From positions 2,728,001 to 2,792,000 of the forward strand of contig CM039004.1 in assembly GCA_017499595.2 (NCBI GenBank): a stretch of 64,000 nucleotides of DNA, in the 5' to 3' direction. The translations under genes were made by a program, and so were the position numbers. This document shows positions 15,681-28,908 of this stretch, piece by piece. Origin of the DNA: Psilocybe cubensis. Taxonomy: Eukaryota. Within the stretch, counting starts at the first letter, position 1, and every line of letters begins with the position of its first letter. The notes beneath the pieces are model-generated. The model was given only the letters and a program-made list of their open reading frames with translations. It did not search any database and was not told the origin of the DNA.

Positions 15681-18600
15681 TCATAGTTTCATGGACGAGA
15701 AAATAGTACCAAGGTCAATCCAGCGCCGTCCACAATTATTCAAATGTTTTTCTACACATTCGCCTAGACTTCGTAGTAGCACTTGATTTTTTGTGATGAT
15801 GGCAGTCAAGTCCGCTGTGAAATGTTCAAAATTAGTTTGAGCAGCATGAATGTACGCGTTCCGACTTACATCGATTTTCGGGCCTTGTTGAGTCAAGTGC
15901 CTTTTGAGTATCAAACAACGATACGTAAAACCTCAGTTGGTTATATAGTTGCGTGTCGGTATACTGATGAGTATCATGAGCTATATATCATTCGTCCTTT
16001 AGGGATAATAAGCTTTACCTCAAATGAAACCCTGCCTTTGCATTCGGTGCGCAAGCACCTTCGACCATATACACCCATCATCCGAGTGCGATTGTTGCAT
16101 GTCGGATCATCGCAAACGGTCCAACCTTGATAATACTTGGTTATAGACTCGCGTATCTGGATCTCCAGTTGTGTCAATAAGCTTCCCAAGCTAATTGTCT
16201 TTGTACATGATGGACACAATGGACCCGCTGGCTGCAAGATGTTGGCCTACAAGAGAGCGTAAATTACATTGCAATGGTATAAGAGGGTTTCTTTTCACCT
16301 CAGGGTCATTAAGCGGAAGAAAAGGAACCTTGACTTGACAGTGGCGACATCGGATGATGAACGGTAGTGCATCTCGGAAGCGTTCAGCGTCAGACATCTG
16401 TGAATCCAGACCAGAGAATACCCTTTCTTCCACTCCCGTAGACGTACGGTAGCGCATTGGATCGAGACCTACGCCATTCAAAATTAAGTTTGGCAATGAA
16501 ATGAAAAAGGGAAAACTTACCAAGACATTCTGCCAGACGTGCGCGGTCAGTGCCCTCAATAGGATCGCAGAGACGTTCAATAGGTGGCAGAATTTGGTGA
16601 GAGAGATAGTGATCGTAATCTAAAGGGAAAAAAAAATCAGAATCCAGGTTAAAAGACGGGAGAAGACAGCATACCGATCTTTAATGCAGACCCTGCTTTT
16701 CGAAGTTCGTCGGGGTGTTTGGCACGATCCGCCTGTCCAGTTTTCGAACTCTCTTCGCCTTCAGCCAAGCAAAAGATGTATGGTATGACGTCTCCATTTT
16801 TGGCTGAGCCACCTCTTTGCTTTATTCTCAAAGCGACTTGAACATGTGGTTGAGATTTGGCATCAGGGTAATCTTCAGGATTTTTTCCGAGACGCTGACA
16901 ATATCATGAGCGTAAGGTCCCGAGTTGAGATAGCATCACCAGTACCTTGAAGATAATGTAATCGTCCATCTTGATAGACCCACTGCGGACACTTTCCCCA
17001 ATATTTGTAAGATATTCGTGAATGTTCTCCACTACATTCTCGGTAGCTTCGCCAGAAAGAATTTGCTCAAGGACATATCTAGAGTGAGGTAAGAAATGCC
17101 CCGCGAGATAAAGACCCATTAGAGGACTCACTGAGAAACTTGTTTAGACAGAGCACAGTACTCTCGTCGTTTCATGTCGAGACCTTTAATTTCCGTGCTG
17201 GTTTTTGTACCGTCATCAACTTTAAGAGCAGCATACTTCTTCTTTTGGAGCAACAGCAGTCTCTGGAAAACACCATCAAGGTCGATCTCCAGCAGTTTGT
17301 ATCGATCGTTCACGGCCTTCTTGAAGAGCGCAGAGATCTTTAACGCCTCAGCAAGATCGGTTACATTCGAGTTGACGAACACCGAATCAGTATCTCCATA
17401 AACGACCTGATAACGAAACATAATCAGCATATATTCCAGAAAAAAATTAGAAATTATATACTTCAAGATTCAAACTCTCAGCCAACTCCTTGGTGTGCGT
17501 TAAAATCTCTCTTCCCTTGTGGGTAGTAAGAGCAGCAAGGGGCCGCGCGTAGAACCGTGAATATTCGAATCCAAGGCATCCGTACATACTATTGGCAGTC
17601 AGTTTCAGTGCCTGCTGCTTGATGTCGTACTGAAAGAGGTCAAATTTCAGAGATCGCCTTCAAAAAATGACCAAGATGTTTAGACGTTTGTCCTTACCTG
17701 GAGAAGCTGGGCCGCTGACGCGCTGCGATCTTTCATCAAAGATTTCACCTGCCGACGACGATTCACGAGGGTGGCAATAAGACGAGGGAGGACGCCCTGC
17801 GATACATCCGTCGACGGTGGCTCCGGTATACGTTCATCGCCGTTCTTCCATTGTTCAAGTCAGAAAGAAAAGTCACAAACAGAAAAAAATCAAAGACTAC
17901 CTCATCATCATCCACAGGTTCGACAGTGGTAAAATCGATGTTGTACTCTTGGATGATGCTTGGGTACAAGGAATTGAAATCCATGACGAGGATAAATTTG
18001 TCCCACAAGCCTCGCTTCGGTTCGAAGACTAGACCACCCTTGTATTTGTCGCGTTTCTTCCCGACTTTCTTCCCGCTTTGGCCTTGGCCCTGCTCGTCAT
18101 CGTCCTGAGGCTCCTCCTTGACAGCAACGGACTTCTTGCCGAAGGTTTTGTCAGGGCAGATGTACTTCAGTCGATGGAACTCGTGCAGAAGAATGTACTC
18201 GTTACGTTCTGCACGACCTCCGTTCAGAGTTTTGTTCCTGTGATATTATACATTTAAGCAATCGGGAAGAAAAAAATTCTAGGTGAAAAACGTACCAGGA
18301 GTTTCCAGCCAGATTTGTCAACTGTTTCGTCAGAGGCAGGATCTGCACCTTTGATGCGATAGCCATCTGGAAATGAGCGTCCAGTTCGCAATGGCGGACA
18401 AATTTGAGCATAGGCTCGGGCGATGACAGGCTTCCGTCGAGTTTGCTGGCGGTATCATCGGGATCGAAATCTTCGCGTTCAATGTTCAAATGTGTTTTAC
18501 ACATCTCCGTCATCGTCCAGGTCGTAGAGGCAATCATACTCTGTTCGTGATATTAAAAACAGAATTCCGTGCTGAAGCGGGGGACACGTACCTTTGCGCC

Positions 18601-20994
18601 ATCACTGGCGAGATCGCAGAGCAAACGACCGTTCAAAAACTTTAGATTTGAGCCCTGCTTGCCGATATTAGGCCACCGCGAACGCCTGAAACGTCCAAGA
18701 CGCGACCAATGATCGACCTTAAGATCGCGCATCCGATTCAACAGCACATCGAGCGACACTCCAAGGAAATCGTGGCCAACGATAATGTCAGGGTCAGCTT
18801 TGTGCAGTGTCACTTTGGTGGCAGGGGTAGTTTAAGTAGAAAATATTGATGAAATGGTAAGGGCGACGTACCCAATAGACTGCTCAACAACATCCTTTCA
18901 TTTTTCATCGGCATGATGGTCCCCTTAGCATTGCTTTTGGCCTCTCTTTCGAAATTTGTAGGGAAACGGTCCAGAGGACGAACAAATGTATGAACGGTAC
19001 ATTTCAGTTTCTCAGGAGGCGTAGCATCGTCAATTTGCACTGTTATCTCAATCCGTGAGGAAATAAGTGTTTCTCCAAGAATATATTACCCACTGTTGTG
19101 CCAAATTCTGGCAGTCGCGCAGACGACCTCTCGCTTGTTTTCTTGATGATTGACAACTGTACGCACACACAAACTCATAACATTGAGAGGCGGCTGTTCC
19201 TTCGGAGCATTAGCATCGGTCTCTGAGAATGGATTGAAATCCTTCGGGTCCGCTACTGTAACTTCGAGTTTGCACCACGAAACCTACGGATAGCGTCAGC
19301 AGGTTATCATGTATGAAAAGTGACTACGAACACCAGTGTTCTCTATCTGGGGGTTTTTAATGGTTATCCAGCAGGGACCCATGATTTTTCGTTTGAGAAC
19401 AAGGAGTTCAAAGGCACTAGTATTTGTACCCAGTATACGGGCGATGTTCTGACTTTCTGCGTTCATGGGTACTACAGGCTCTGTGAATGGTATGAGAGGC
19501 TGATCACATAGAGCAAGACACTGTACGGACCGTTAAAACCGTAGATAACTTTCATCCACTGAGCTTCGCCTCGTGGGATATCTTGCTCTCCAAACGCATA
19601 CTTACGCTTGACAAACTTGGCTCGATACGATTTTATTTTCATGGCTTTGCGAATCAAGTCGAAATCCTCGTCGATGTCTTCTTGGGTGGGGATAATGTCG
19701 GTTTCGTGGATATTTCCTTCCTCGTCTTGTTCAACACGCTTCTCTCGAGGTAGGACAAATAAGTTTCGCTTGATGCCCTCTACCTTCACGCAGCATGAGA
19801 TCCATGTACCAGAAGTCTTCTCTTTCAGCTTGCCGATAAAATAAAGTAGTCCATCCAACTCCATGTAATCAATCCAAAAGAATCGAAGTGAACCATCTTC
19901 CTCCAGAGCGGAAATGTTTGTCGAATTTGTCGAAGAAGAATTGCTCGTCGAAAGAGGGCCAAGGGTATCCTCGGACTCAACGGCTAGCGAGTCGTAGACA
20001 GATAGCCATGCAGGCTTTACGTCGGCTTCTTCTTTGAGTTTGGAGGTAGCAGCCTGAGGCGCAGGCTTTTTTGACAATGTAATTGCCGGTTCTTCGCGTT
20101 TGACTTGAGGTTTGACGTCGAAGTCGTCGTCCATGTCCATGAAATCATCCATGTTAATGTCGTCGTAAGAGCTGTCGAAGCCATCTGAGCTACCGTCGAC
20201 TTCAAGAGATGCCAGCCTTTCTGCTGCAGGAGTGATAGCTCCGTCCTCGGTACGCGTGCGTTTATTAGGGCTGCTAAAGGCATCATCGCTCAAGGTGTGA
20301 GCAATATCCTCTACAGGCCCGTCGGAAGAGGCGTCTGCGAATGGAGATTTCCGTCGATACGAGTGGCGATTATAACGCGGCTCTTCATACTCCGGCGATG
20401 GTTTACGTTTCCTTGAGGGCTTTGGAAGTGGTTCGGTGACCAGGTTATCAACATTTCCAAGTAGCGAAGCCATAAAATCGGCTTCTTGTTCTGCGGACAC
20501 GGCAGGGCGGTATGCGTTGATAGATGGAGCCACGGGAGGAGGAGGCTTAGGTTTGGCTTTTGGTTTCTCAGTTTTATTCTTCTTCTTTTTGTCTAAGGTA
20601 TAATCAGAAGGATTAGGTTAGACATAAATGTAGCTCACACACCTTTCTTTCTACCCTCTTCTTCAGAGTCATCTCTAAACTCTTCATCACCGCCTGCCCA
20701 GTCATCCATCCCATTATCAACATATCCTTCTGCACCATCGTCGACCACAAAGTCATCGCGTTGCAAACGTCCCTTGACTATCTTTTGGTACTGATCTTCC
20801 GAAACCTCATCGTAAATCTCGACATCTTCTTCCTATGGGGGTGAATAGCGCGGATGTCAGTGACTCGTGCCTCGCTGGCCAAACCTGTTTTCGCGACTGA
20901 CCTTGAAAACACGCGTTCCTCCTTCGCGAGCCCTCTTGTACTCCGCTAGTTTGTCGAGTTTCGACTTTCTTTCGCGTCGAGAACGGTCTGCCAT
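15681..20994 (-). CDS. POL1: DNA polymerase alpha catalytic subunit (family B); multi-exon
   Basis: Motifs [20 protein letters not shown] (region II), YGDTDS (region I), [13 protein letters not shown] (region III), C-terminal zinc finger (CPSC...CDDPTC...C), and N-terminal '[12 protein letters not shown]' typical of Pol alpha. ATG 20994 (MADRSRR), TGA 15681. Confidence 0.95.
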
Positions 20995-21076
20995 GCCTTC
21001 ACAGTGATTGTACCAAGCAGCAAGAGCGAGAGTGGTAATTGATTGACACGATTCGTCGGAGTTCAAAGCGGAGTTT

Positions 21077-21082
21077 ACGCGT
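21077..21082. promoter_or_regulatory. MCB (MluI cell-cycle box) ACGCGT upstream of POL1
   Basis: ACGCGT ~83 nt upstream of the POL1 ATG. MCB elements drive G1/S expression of POL1 in yeasts. A single hexamer could be chance. Confidence 0.4.
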
Positions 21083-21823
21083 TAAGTCACGTCACATACT
21101 CACTGAGTCACACCAGCAATACTTGGACCTTGCTTTTTTAAAAAATCAAGTATATTTTACTATACTAAACGATGCGCGATAGCAGTCCTGCGAGGTAGGC
21201 TACACCTACTTGGACCTTGCTTGATGACTATTAAAATTGTGGAACGAATTGGGAACGAATGGACGATTCTCAATGCTCAGTCTCGGCTTTCACTGGTCCG
21301 TCCAGCCAGCCTCGTCATTGCATTGGGCCGATGCACTTAATTCGACGCACATTGATCGGAACAGCCATTTACGCACTGCTGGCGCTCTGTGATTTCCGCC
21401 ACACGGTAGATTTTTAGCTCGCCTCCCCAAGTCTGTGTCTGACAATCATCATGAAATGAGGGGTAGATATCCTTAATTTTGAGCATGAACAAACAATTTT
21501 ACAATTTGGGGCTCTCAGAAATGAAGCCGAGACCCATTCGCGCAAGGACTACAGTCGACTCGCCCTCATAAAGAAGACATTCGGGTGCTCTCACAGACTC
21601 GGGCCTCCCTTTTATCTCCACTCAGTCAGAGCAACCCGCCATCACGTAAAATCCAAAATTGTCTGGACGAAACAGGATATTCTACTTCTATAACTCACTG
21701 AGGCTTCTAGAATTCATGTAATCCCTGCTTCGCAGTGTCCGTTGGCTACATAATGGCGGCAGTCGCCAGCGTGGTGAATGGTACCCACGAGCATTAAACC
21801 TCTTTGTGTAGCTGCAGCTCGAG

Positions 21824-24186
21824 ATGCTGGTCGACTATCGGTATTGTCGAGAAGTGCTTTTGCGTATCAAGAGGCCTATGTCCGCGATCTCCAACCATCT
21901 AGAGAACAACGGGAGTACACAAACTTTGGAATCGCTTATGTCGTACGGATTGGGATCGGGTCCAAATGGGAAAGTTATCTCTCAGATGCCATGCGCCAAT
22001 GCCTCCAACAAAGGTCCTGGAGCGGAACCCTGCGTCAATACAGGACTCATGGCTTGTTCCCAGGTACTTCTTCATATTAATGAACACTGCGACTGACCTT
22101 TTCAGCTTATTTGACTTTGTCTTAGTGCTCTTTGGTTAAGGTATGTGTTTCGTTCAGCGAATCCATCACCTCAGCGTCTAATCGAGCGTCCAGTATTGCT
22201 CAGGACGATGCCAACGTCAACACTGGTCCAAACATCGCCTTGATTGTGAACACCAGTACTTGCAACACGACTGGGAACCGGGCTGGATGTCTGAGAACAG
22301 ACGGCCATTACTCTCAGACTGCAAATTTCTCCCAGCGTCTTCTTCTGTCGACAACTTCAAAAATACAGGATTTCCCGCATATGACATCCTCCAGCTTCAG
22401 CATAACGAGGGCGAGCTCTATACCAAAGATCTCAAAATTTGCATGACAGGTAAGCGAATTGTGGATCCCATGTTGTCAAACTAACTCTGCAATTTCAACT
22501 ATTGCAGCTGCTAGTGATATTCGCAATCTTGTCCAAACCGTCAACCGTCTTCCGAATGGGTACCCGGGAAAAATCGATATTCTCCTCAACAACAGCAACA
22601 CGGTCGTTCTCAACCGGATGCTGGTCATCCTCTGTGCTCTTCTCACTCCTGGACCATCCATCGACGAATCTGCCGAACTGGCCCTGCATCTGATGTATTC
22701 TGCCAGCCTTCCTGAAACTGCGGCGTCGTACATGCGTTACTGCGTGAACACCATATACGGCGAAGAGCTTGCTGACGGAGAAATGTCCTTCCAAACAACA
22801 CTACGAACCCGCGGGCGTGGAAAACTATACTCTGCACAGCCAGCTTCTGGGATCAAAAAGCCAATGGAGATGTTTTCTTCAACATGCAGTCTCTCGAAGA
22901 CGATCGATGCAATGAGAGAAAGCCTGCAGGACCCTTTTCAGATAGACGATAGAGAGAAACTTTTGTCTATGCTTGTGCCGGGACACAGGCTCGCGCTTGA
23001 CAGGTTCTGGAAGACGGGCATTCTGGCACCATTCTCATTGGATCTCAAACCCTTCAAGTCACCGAACAGGTGAGCAACAAAAATGTAGTCGTCTGGTATT
23101 CTCAAAGCTAAGCATCTGAACACCAAACGTTCTAGATTAATGTTTTCTTCTCAAGGAGAATGGATGGGACTTAGCAGTGACATTAATCCACTGCACGGGT
23201 GGGACGTCTCAGCAGTACGAACCACGGGACTTCGATTTGGGCTCGACCCTACGGCAGACATAATTGGTTGTCTCTTCTTCCATATCAAATCCGAGCTTCG
23301 CGAGTTCTCTTTGCGAATGAAGGAGCTTAACATCAACCTCCATTTGCTGCAGTACGATTCTCGCCTCCTCTCTAAGGGCATCTCCATAGGGGTCCTGCCC
23401 GCCTTCTCTGACGCCTCCTTCGACCGCATCGATATTGGCGACATGTGCGACCAGATGGACAATCTCGCCGAGTGCCTCGCGGACTGGGGTCCGCTCTTGA
23501 ACAAAAATAACCCCGACTCCTGTTTGTTCATGCACTCCAAGCAATGGCACGAAGAATTTCCTAGTTCCATTGCGCGCAACAATCCTAGGGCAGCCAAAAT
23601 CCTCATGGAGCGATGTCAGACCATGCCTTCTCTGGTCCGTACTCGTCTTCTTTAATTATCCCTCTACCTTCCCTACCCCCCGAGTCGGCGTCGCTCACCC
23701 AGGCCCCGCTTCTCTTCTTAACTGATGATGTACCTTTCCTTAGAAATCCAAGCTGAAGTCGTTCTTCAAGACACCACAGGCGCCGTCTATCGTCCGCCTG
23801 ATGGCCTCCTTGGACGCGTTCGTAGATCATGAAGCCGCATTCCTTCGCTATTTGGAAGCCCAAGAAGCGGACGCCATCACAGCCAGCCTCGGTCTGTGCA
23901 TACGCCAGGTCCACAGCGTACACCCAAAGGTCGGGGAATGATCATATGAGCCTCAGTCTTCGCTGATACCTTTTTCTCTTCTATCAGAGAGTCGGAATCC
24001 CACTCACGTCCGCGCATCAAAAGTTGCCCAACCTCTCCAAGGAAGAGTTTTACGACCTGTGTAAGTGGCTCTCCTATCCATTCGCCATTCGAAGTCTGCA
24101 GCTGAGGCCATATGTGTATAGTCACGATCGGAGGCTCTGACCTTACCATACGTTTCGCGGAGTTTGTGTTTGCTGACCTTGAGTAA
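21824..24186 (+). CDS. MYND-type zinc finger plus DUF4470-like domain protein; multi-exon
   Basis: PCAN...PC...GLMACSQ/CSLVK/YCSGRCQRQHWSKHRLDC (MYND), followed by FPAYDILQLQHNEG, DIRNLVQTVN.LP, NRMLVILC and WRFDR-like 'SFDRID' segments typical of fungal DUF4470 proteins. TAA at 24184-24186. The start may instead be 21878. Confidence 0.75.
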
Positions 24187-24457
24187 ATGCCTTTGGAAAC
24201 GAGCAGCTCCTCGAATCATTTGTATATATAAATCCTTGAATTTTTAGATGGAAACAGGATGGTAATATATAACTGCCGGATGGAACACAGCACATATGGA
24301 CAATGCACAACTAAACCAAAATATTAGACACCATTGTAAAAGATATTTTTATAACTAGATATTCAACAAAAATATACGTACTTTCTCAGTCAAAACCAAC
24401 ACGGGTGGCTTGGACCTCAAAGGCACAGAGTGACCAAAATATCCTTGTTATACCTTG

Positions 24458-26513
24458 CTATGCATCCAGTCCTTCAATATTCGTACCAGGAGGACAGACA
24501 ACCTCCCAGGATAAAAGAAGGACAAGTTTCCCTTGGGCCTGCAGCGAACAAACCCAATTAAACTTGCCATCCTTTCCAACCTGCCCTGGATCCATCTCCG
24601 GCTCATCCGCGCCTTCCCACCGCGCCACTACCTGAGAGCTAATCTTCACTGGCTCCGGTACAATAATGACACCCTTTTTGTTCGCCTGAGGTAGTACGAG
24701 ACCCGGAGAGGTCAGGTTGACTGTAATATTGCTGTCCTCTGATACAGGCACCTGCTCGCGTACTTTCAGGTAGCTGATGGGCGTCGCTTTGGTGTTACTG
24801 ATGCTGATGCGTTGAGAAAAAAGGTACGTAGAGTTTCGGCGCGTAAAGCTGGGTTGAGTGACTTTCTTGCTACGAGGGTGATAGGTGATGCGAACTGCAG
24901 GGTCGATGCTGTTTTGTTATGTAAAACAGATATTAGAAAACGGGTGGTAGCTTTATGGGGACACGACTTACCCAAGAGGACAATCAAAACTTTCCTGTGG
25001 GCTAACAGTCGGGATATCAGAGCGCGAGATGAAACTTCCATTGACGTAGATGCTTGCTATGCCGCGTAAAAGGGTATATTCAGAGTCATTCTTTATTTTT
25101 GCCTATAAACCAAAGAGATAGATGAGAAATTATCAGAAAAAGGTAGACATGTAGGACATACAGTTAAATGAGCCTTTGGCGATTTTTTTGGGACCGTAAC
25201 CCAGGACATGGCTGCGTCCAAATACACTTCCATTATAGTCACGGTATGAGAAGCGCCGTCACTCGGAATCGTCATTAATCCAGGGACCGAGAACGTTGCA
25301 TTGATGTCCCCTTTCGATGTGACTGTCAAGCCTCGGGCCTTGATGTTGGGCGGTCGCGAACTATGCAGTCTTCCTCCTCCTCTAGGTGGACCTCCATCAG
25401 ATTCAGAATCGGAACTAGCTGCAGATTCTTTTCTCATTGAGTGGCCGCCGAACGTGTTAAGGCTGGAGGCAGCAGCACTTTTTCTCAGGTACTTTCCGTA
25501 CATGGGCTTATACATAGAAAGCGTCCATGGCTGCAATTCCGGGATATTGAGTCCTGTTGTGGGCGTCACTGTCTCCAAAGTCAATGGAATATCATTCCAG
25601 GACTAGATCTGGGAATTAGCTTTGGTAGGTTCTGAGCAGCGAGATAATTTCAATCACCTCTCCTGTATTTTGTGAGATGGCTGCTTTGTATATAAGCTTT
25701 ACCGCCTTTTCCTTGGTGTCCATTTTCACGTAGATAGCGTAAGTAGGGTCCCAGGTAGCGCTGGAAACAGCTGTCCCAAAGAGTTTAGACTACTAGTGAC
25801 CAAGACTTGATGAATGAGATAAAGCTGACCGTATTTCAAAACAATCTCAACGTCGCATTCTTTGTCTGCGACGAGAGTTATGTAGACACGTTTGCGCAGC
25901 TTATTATCCACTTTGACCTCGCCCAATGCTACTTGCTCTTGCTCAATGTCTCTAGTAACCTCTGTAATTTGCTCTTCCAAATCAAGCTGCTTGAGATCCC
26001 ATTCCTCTGCAGCCGCGTCAATTCCTCGCTGCAAATTGGCCAACTCATCTGCCTTGACATGTCGCACGGCAATACTGTTCTGGAAAGACTGAACTGCCGC
26101 GATCGCTTTATGGCACCGCATCAACGCTTTCTCCAACCGAATCTTCTGCTTTATCAAGTCTTCAAGACGATCAGAGGTCGTCATAGGACCCGAAGAAGGA
26201 ATATCGGAGAGTGAAACTTCATAAATTGTACATTGACCGCGACCTTCAACTCTGTAGCACATCCACTGAATTAAGTACCAGTTACCCTTATAAAAGAAAA
26301 TAAAGCGTACCGAAGAGAATCTGGGACCAGCACATCAGGAAGACCGGACACAATGACCTTATTGTCGCCTTTCTTGAGCTTTGGTTCAAAAACACGCGTC
26401 ACCTCCGCCAGGCCAGTATACAAGCTAACGTTCGCGATCTTGCTATCCGTCTGACACGACAGGCATACCTCACTGACTGCTCGGCTTGCATTTGCGATTG
26501 CGTTTGGAGGCAT
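24458..26513 (-). CDS. DUF4140/DUF4139 protein (MuiA/TIGR02231-like), intact original copy; 6 exons
   Basis: Exons join in frame: SKIANVSLYTGLAEVTR...GLPDVLVPDSLR/VEGRG...coiled coil.../AVSSATWDPTY...AAISQNTGE/SWNDIPLTLET...TIPSDG.../AKIKNDSEYTLL...FDCPLG/IDPAVRITY...REQVPVSEDSNITVNL...FNWVCSL...LSWEV. 'QNTGE.W' and 'QVPVS.D' are family motifs. Confidence 0.85.
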
Positions 26514-27156
26514 CCTTCACTTTGAGTAGTAGGGTGAAGGAAGAGACAGCTTGTGTCGTATTGAGTCATTGGTTCTGTTATAATTACGTTTGGAAGTCAG
26601 GGCTAGATCAGGGGCTCCAAGGTGTCAAACGCCAGCACAGCCCCTGACAGTATATCCAAGAACAGGTTGCTCGTCAGGTTAATGGCGACTTTTATGATTA
26701 AAGATATTCAAAGTCAGCTATGGTTGGAAGCAGGTGAAGTATGCCGTCAGTCAGCAAATACAGGCCCATAGTAAGCTGGCAGACAACAAAATGCCATTTT
26801 TTGTTTCCCACGCTTCCTGCCCGCGTATTTCCCTAATGCGCTGAATACCCCGTGCCGCATTCTTATCGTGTACTTGATTCTGCTTTGGTCAGGGTCCTCT
26901 GATTCAATTTCCTAGTGGAATTCATCAACTGCCCAAGCTAATTTTAATTCCACTCTGTAAATGCGAAATCGCAAGTCACTGTATTCATCCTTTCTTTGCT
27001 GCTTTCTTCTCTTTGCAGAGAGTTGGTCGCATACCCCCCACACAGCTCTAGTTGCCCCGCCGCTGTGGCCTTCCCACCACCTCGTTCTCGTCGACGACCG
27101 TCCAACATTTCCACAGCCCACGCACAATGCAGCAACCAGCGCCCCGTTCCACTGGG

Positions 27157-28908
27157 CTACAACGCATCTGACAGCATGGGTCAGTCAATGCATACCTCAT
27201 TTATTTGTTGCTTACCTTTTTTTTCAGTGGTGTTGGCGGCCTAGGACGCAAACACGGCTCGATCCTCAACACTGCGGCGCTGTGTAAACCGTCAGAGGGC
27301 CTCACGCGCCGGCGGATGTCACGATTGGGCTGTACAAGGGGGCGGGCTCGTGTAAGTCAATGAATTCCGTATTTATTTGTTGCTTACCTTTCTTTTCAGG
27401 GCATTCGGTGGACTAGGATGCACACGGCTCGATTCTCAATACGGCGGTATTGTATAAACCGTCAGAGGCAGAGGCGTCAGAGAGCCTCACGCGCCGGCGG
27501 ATGTTATGATTGGGCTCTAGAAGGGGGTGGGTACAGGTAAGTCAATGAATTGCTTATTTCTTCATTGCTTACCTTTGTTTTCAGCAGAGTTGGTGGCCTA
27601 GGATGCGTACACGGCTCAATCCTCGACATGGCGGCACCATGCAAACCGTCAGACAGACGCACTGGAACTTGCATTTCTGATAGTTGGGTTGCGAAAGGGG
27701 TGTTGGGTCCCGCCGCTACAAGACGTTACGGCCGGGCTGTAGAAGTGGCGGGCTTGGGTAAGTCAATGAAACCTAATTCCTTTATTACTTACCTTTCTTT
27801 TCAAGACATTCAGTGGTCTAGGACGCACACGGCGATGGGGTGGGTACAGGTAAGTCAATGCATTGCTTATTTCTTCGTTGCTTACCTTTCTTTTCAGGAG
27901 AGTTGGTGGCCTACTAGCATGCGTATACGGCTGTAGACCGTCAGACACGTCAGAGATGGCGGGGTGTTGGACCTGTGGAAGGGGCGGGCACAGGTAAGTC
28001 GATGAATTCCTCGTATTTGTTGCGTACCTTCATTCGCTGGGATGCCCAGGACACACGGCGACGAGACGTGGCTCAACTCTGGTGCGGCGGCAGCGCTGTG
28101 TAGATGTGTGTAGCCCGTCAGACACGTTGGAGACCTGTGCAATAGGACATACCTTTACCGGTGGCACGCAGCAGAGGGGTGTATGTGAGTACCATGCCAC
28201 ACCATTTCAATATTGATTGCTCACCTCTAACCACTACAAAGACATGCGTAACCGGCTCGATTATCGACACGGCGGCACCATGTAAACTGTCAGAGGCAGA
28301 GGCAGAGGCTTCAGAAAGCCTCACGCTGTGGTGGATGTTACGATGAGGCTGTAGATAGGGGCGGGCATGGGTAAGTCAATGAATTGACTGTTTCTTTGTT
28401 GCTTACCTTTCTTTTGAGTGGTGTTGGTGGCCTAGGATGCAAACATGGCTTGATTTTCGACACGGCGGCGCTGTGTAGACCGTCAGACACGTCAGAGGCA
28501 GACGTAAGGGAACATACATTGACCAATGGCGGGGTGTTGGACCTGTAGAAAGTGGCGGGCACAGGTAAGTCGACAAATTCCTCATTTCATTATTACTTAC
28601 CTTCATTCGCTGGGGTGTTGGTGGACTAGAACACACGGCGACAAGGCATCAACAAGATGCCACCAACGTGGCTTGACTCTGGTGCGGCGGCGGAACTGTG
28701 TAGACGCGTGTAGCCTGTCAGACGCGTCGGAAACTTGTGGAACGGGACGTACCTTTACGTGTGGCGGGCTGTAGAAGGGTGTATGTGAGTACCATGCCAA
28801 ACCATTTCACGGTTACTCACCTCTCGATGGCCCTCTCGATGGCCTGGCAAGAAATGGCGACGAGCGCCGGTGGTCAGCCAAATTCACAGTTTCAAGACCA
28901 TCACTCAC
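27157..28908. repeat. Array of ten ~36-nt palindromic intron-like cores separated by related exon-like spacers (unit 1)
   Basis: GTRAG...CTYAC-type cores start at 27180, 27352, 27537, 27758, 27850, 27994, 28185, 28371, 28565 and 28785. Spacers share ggtggcctagga/cacacggc/ccgtcaga motifs. Confidence 0.85.

Noticed and set aside
27180-28820. CRISPR array (36-nt palindromic repeats with spacers)
   Set aside because: Repeats are degenerate, spacers are homologous to each other and ~55-190 nt long, there are no cas genes, the context is eukaryotic, and splice signals explain the motif.
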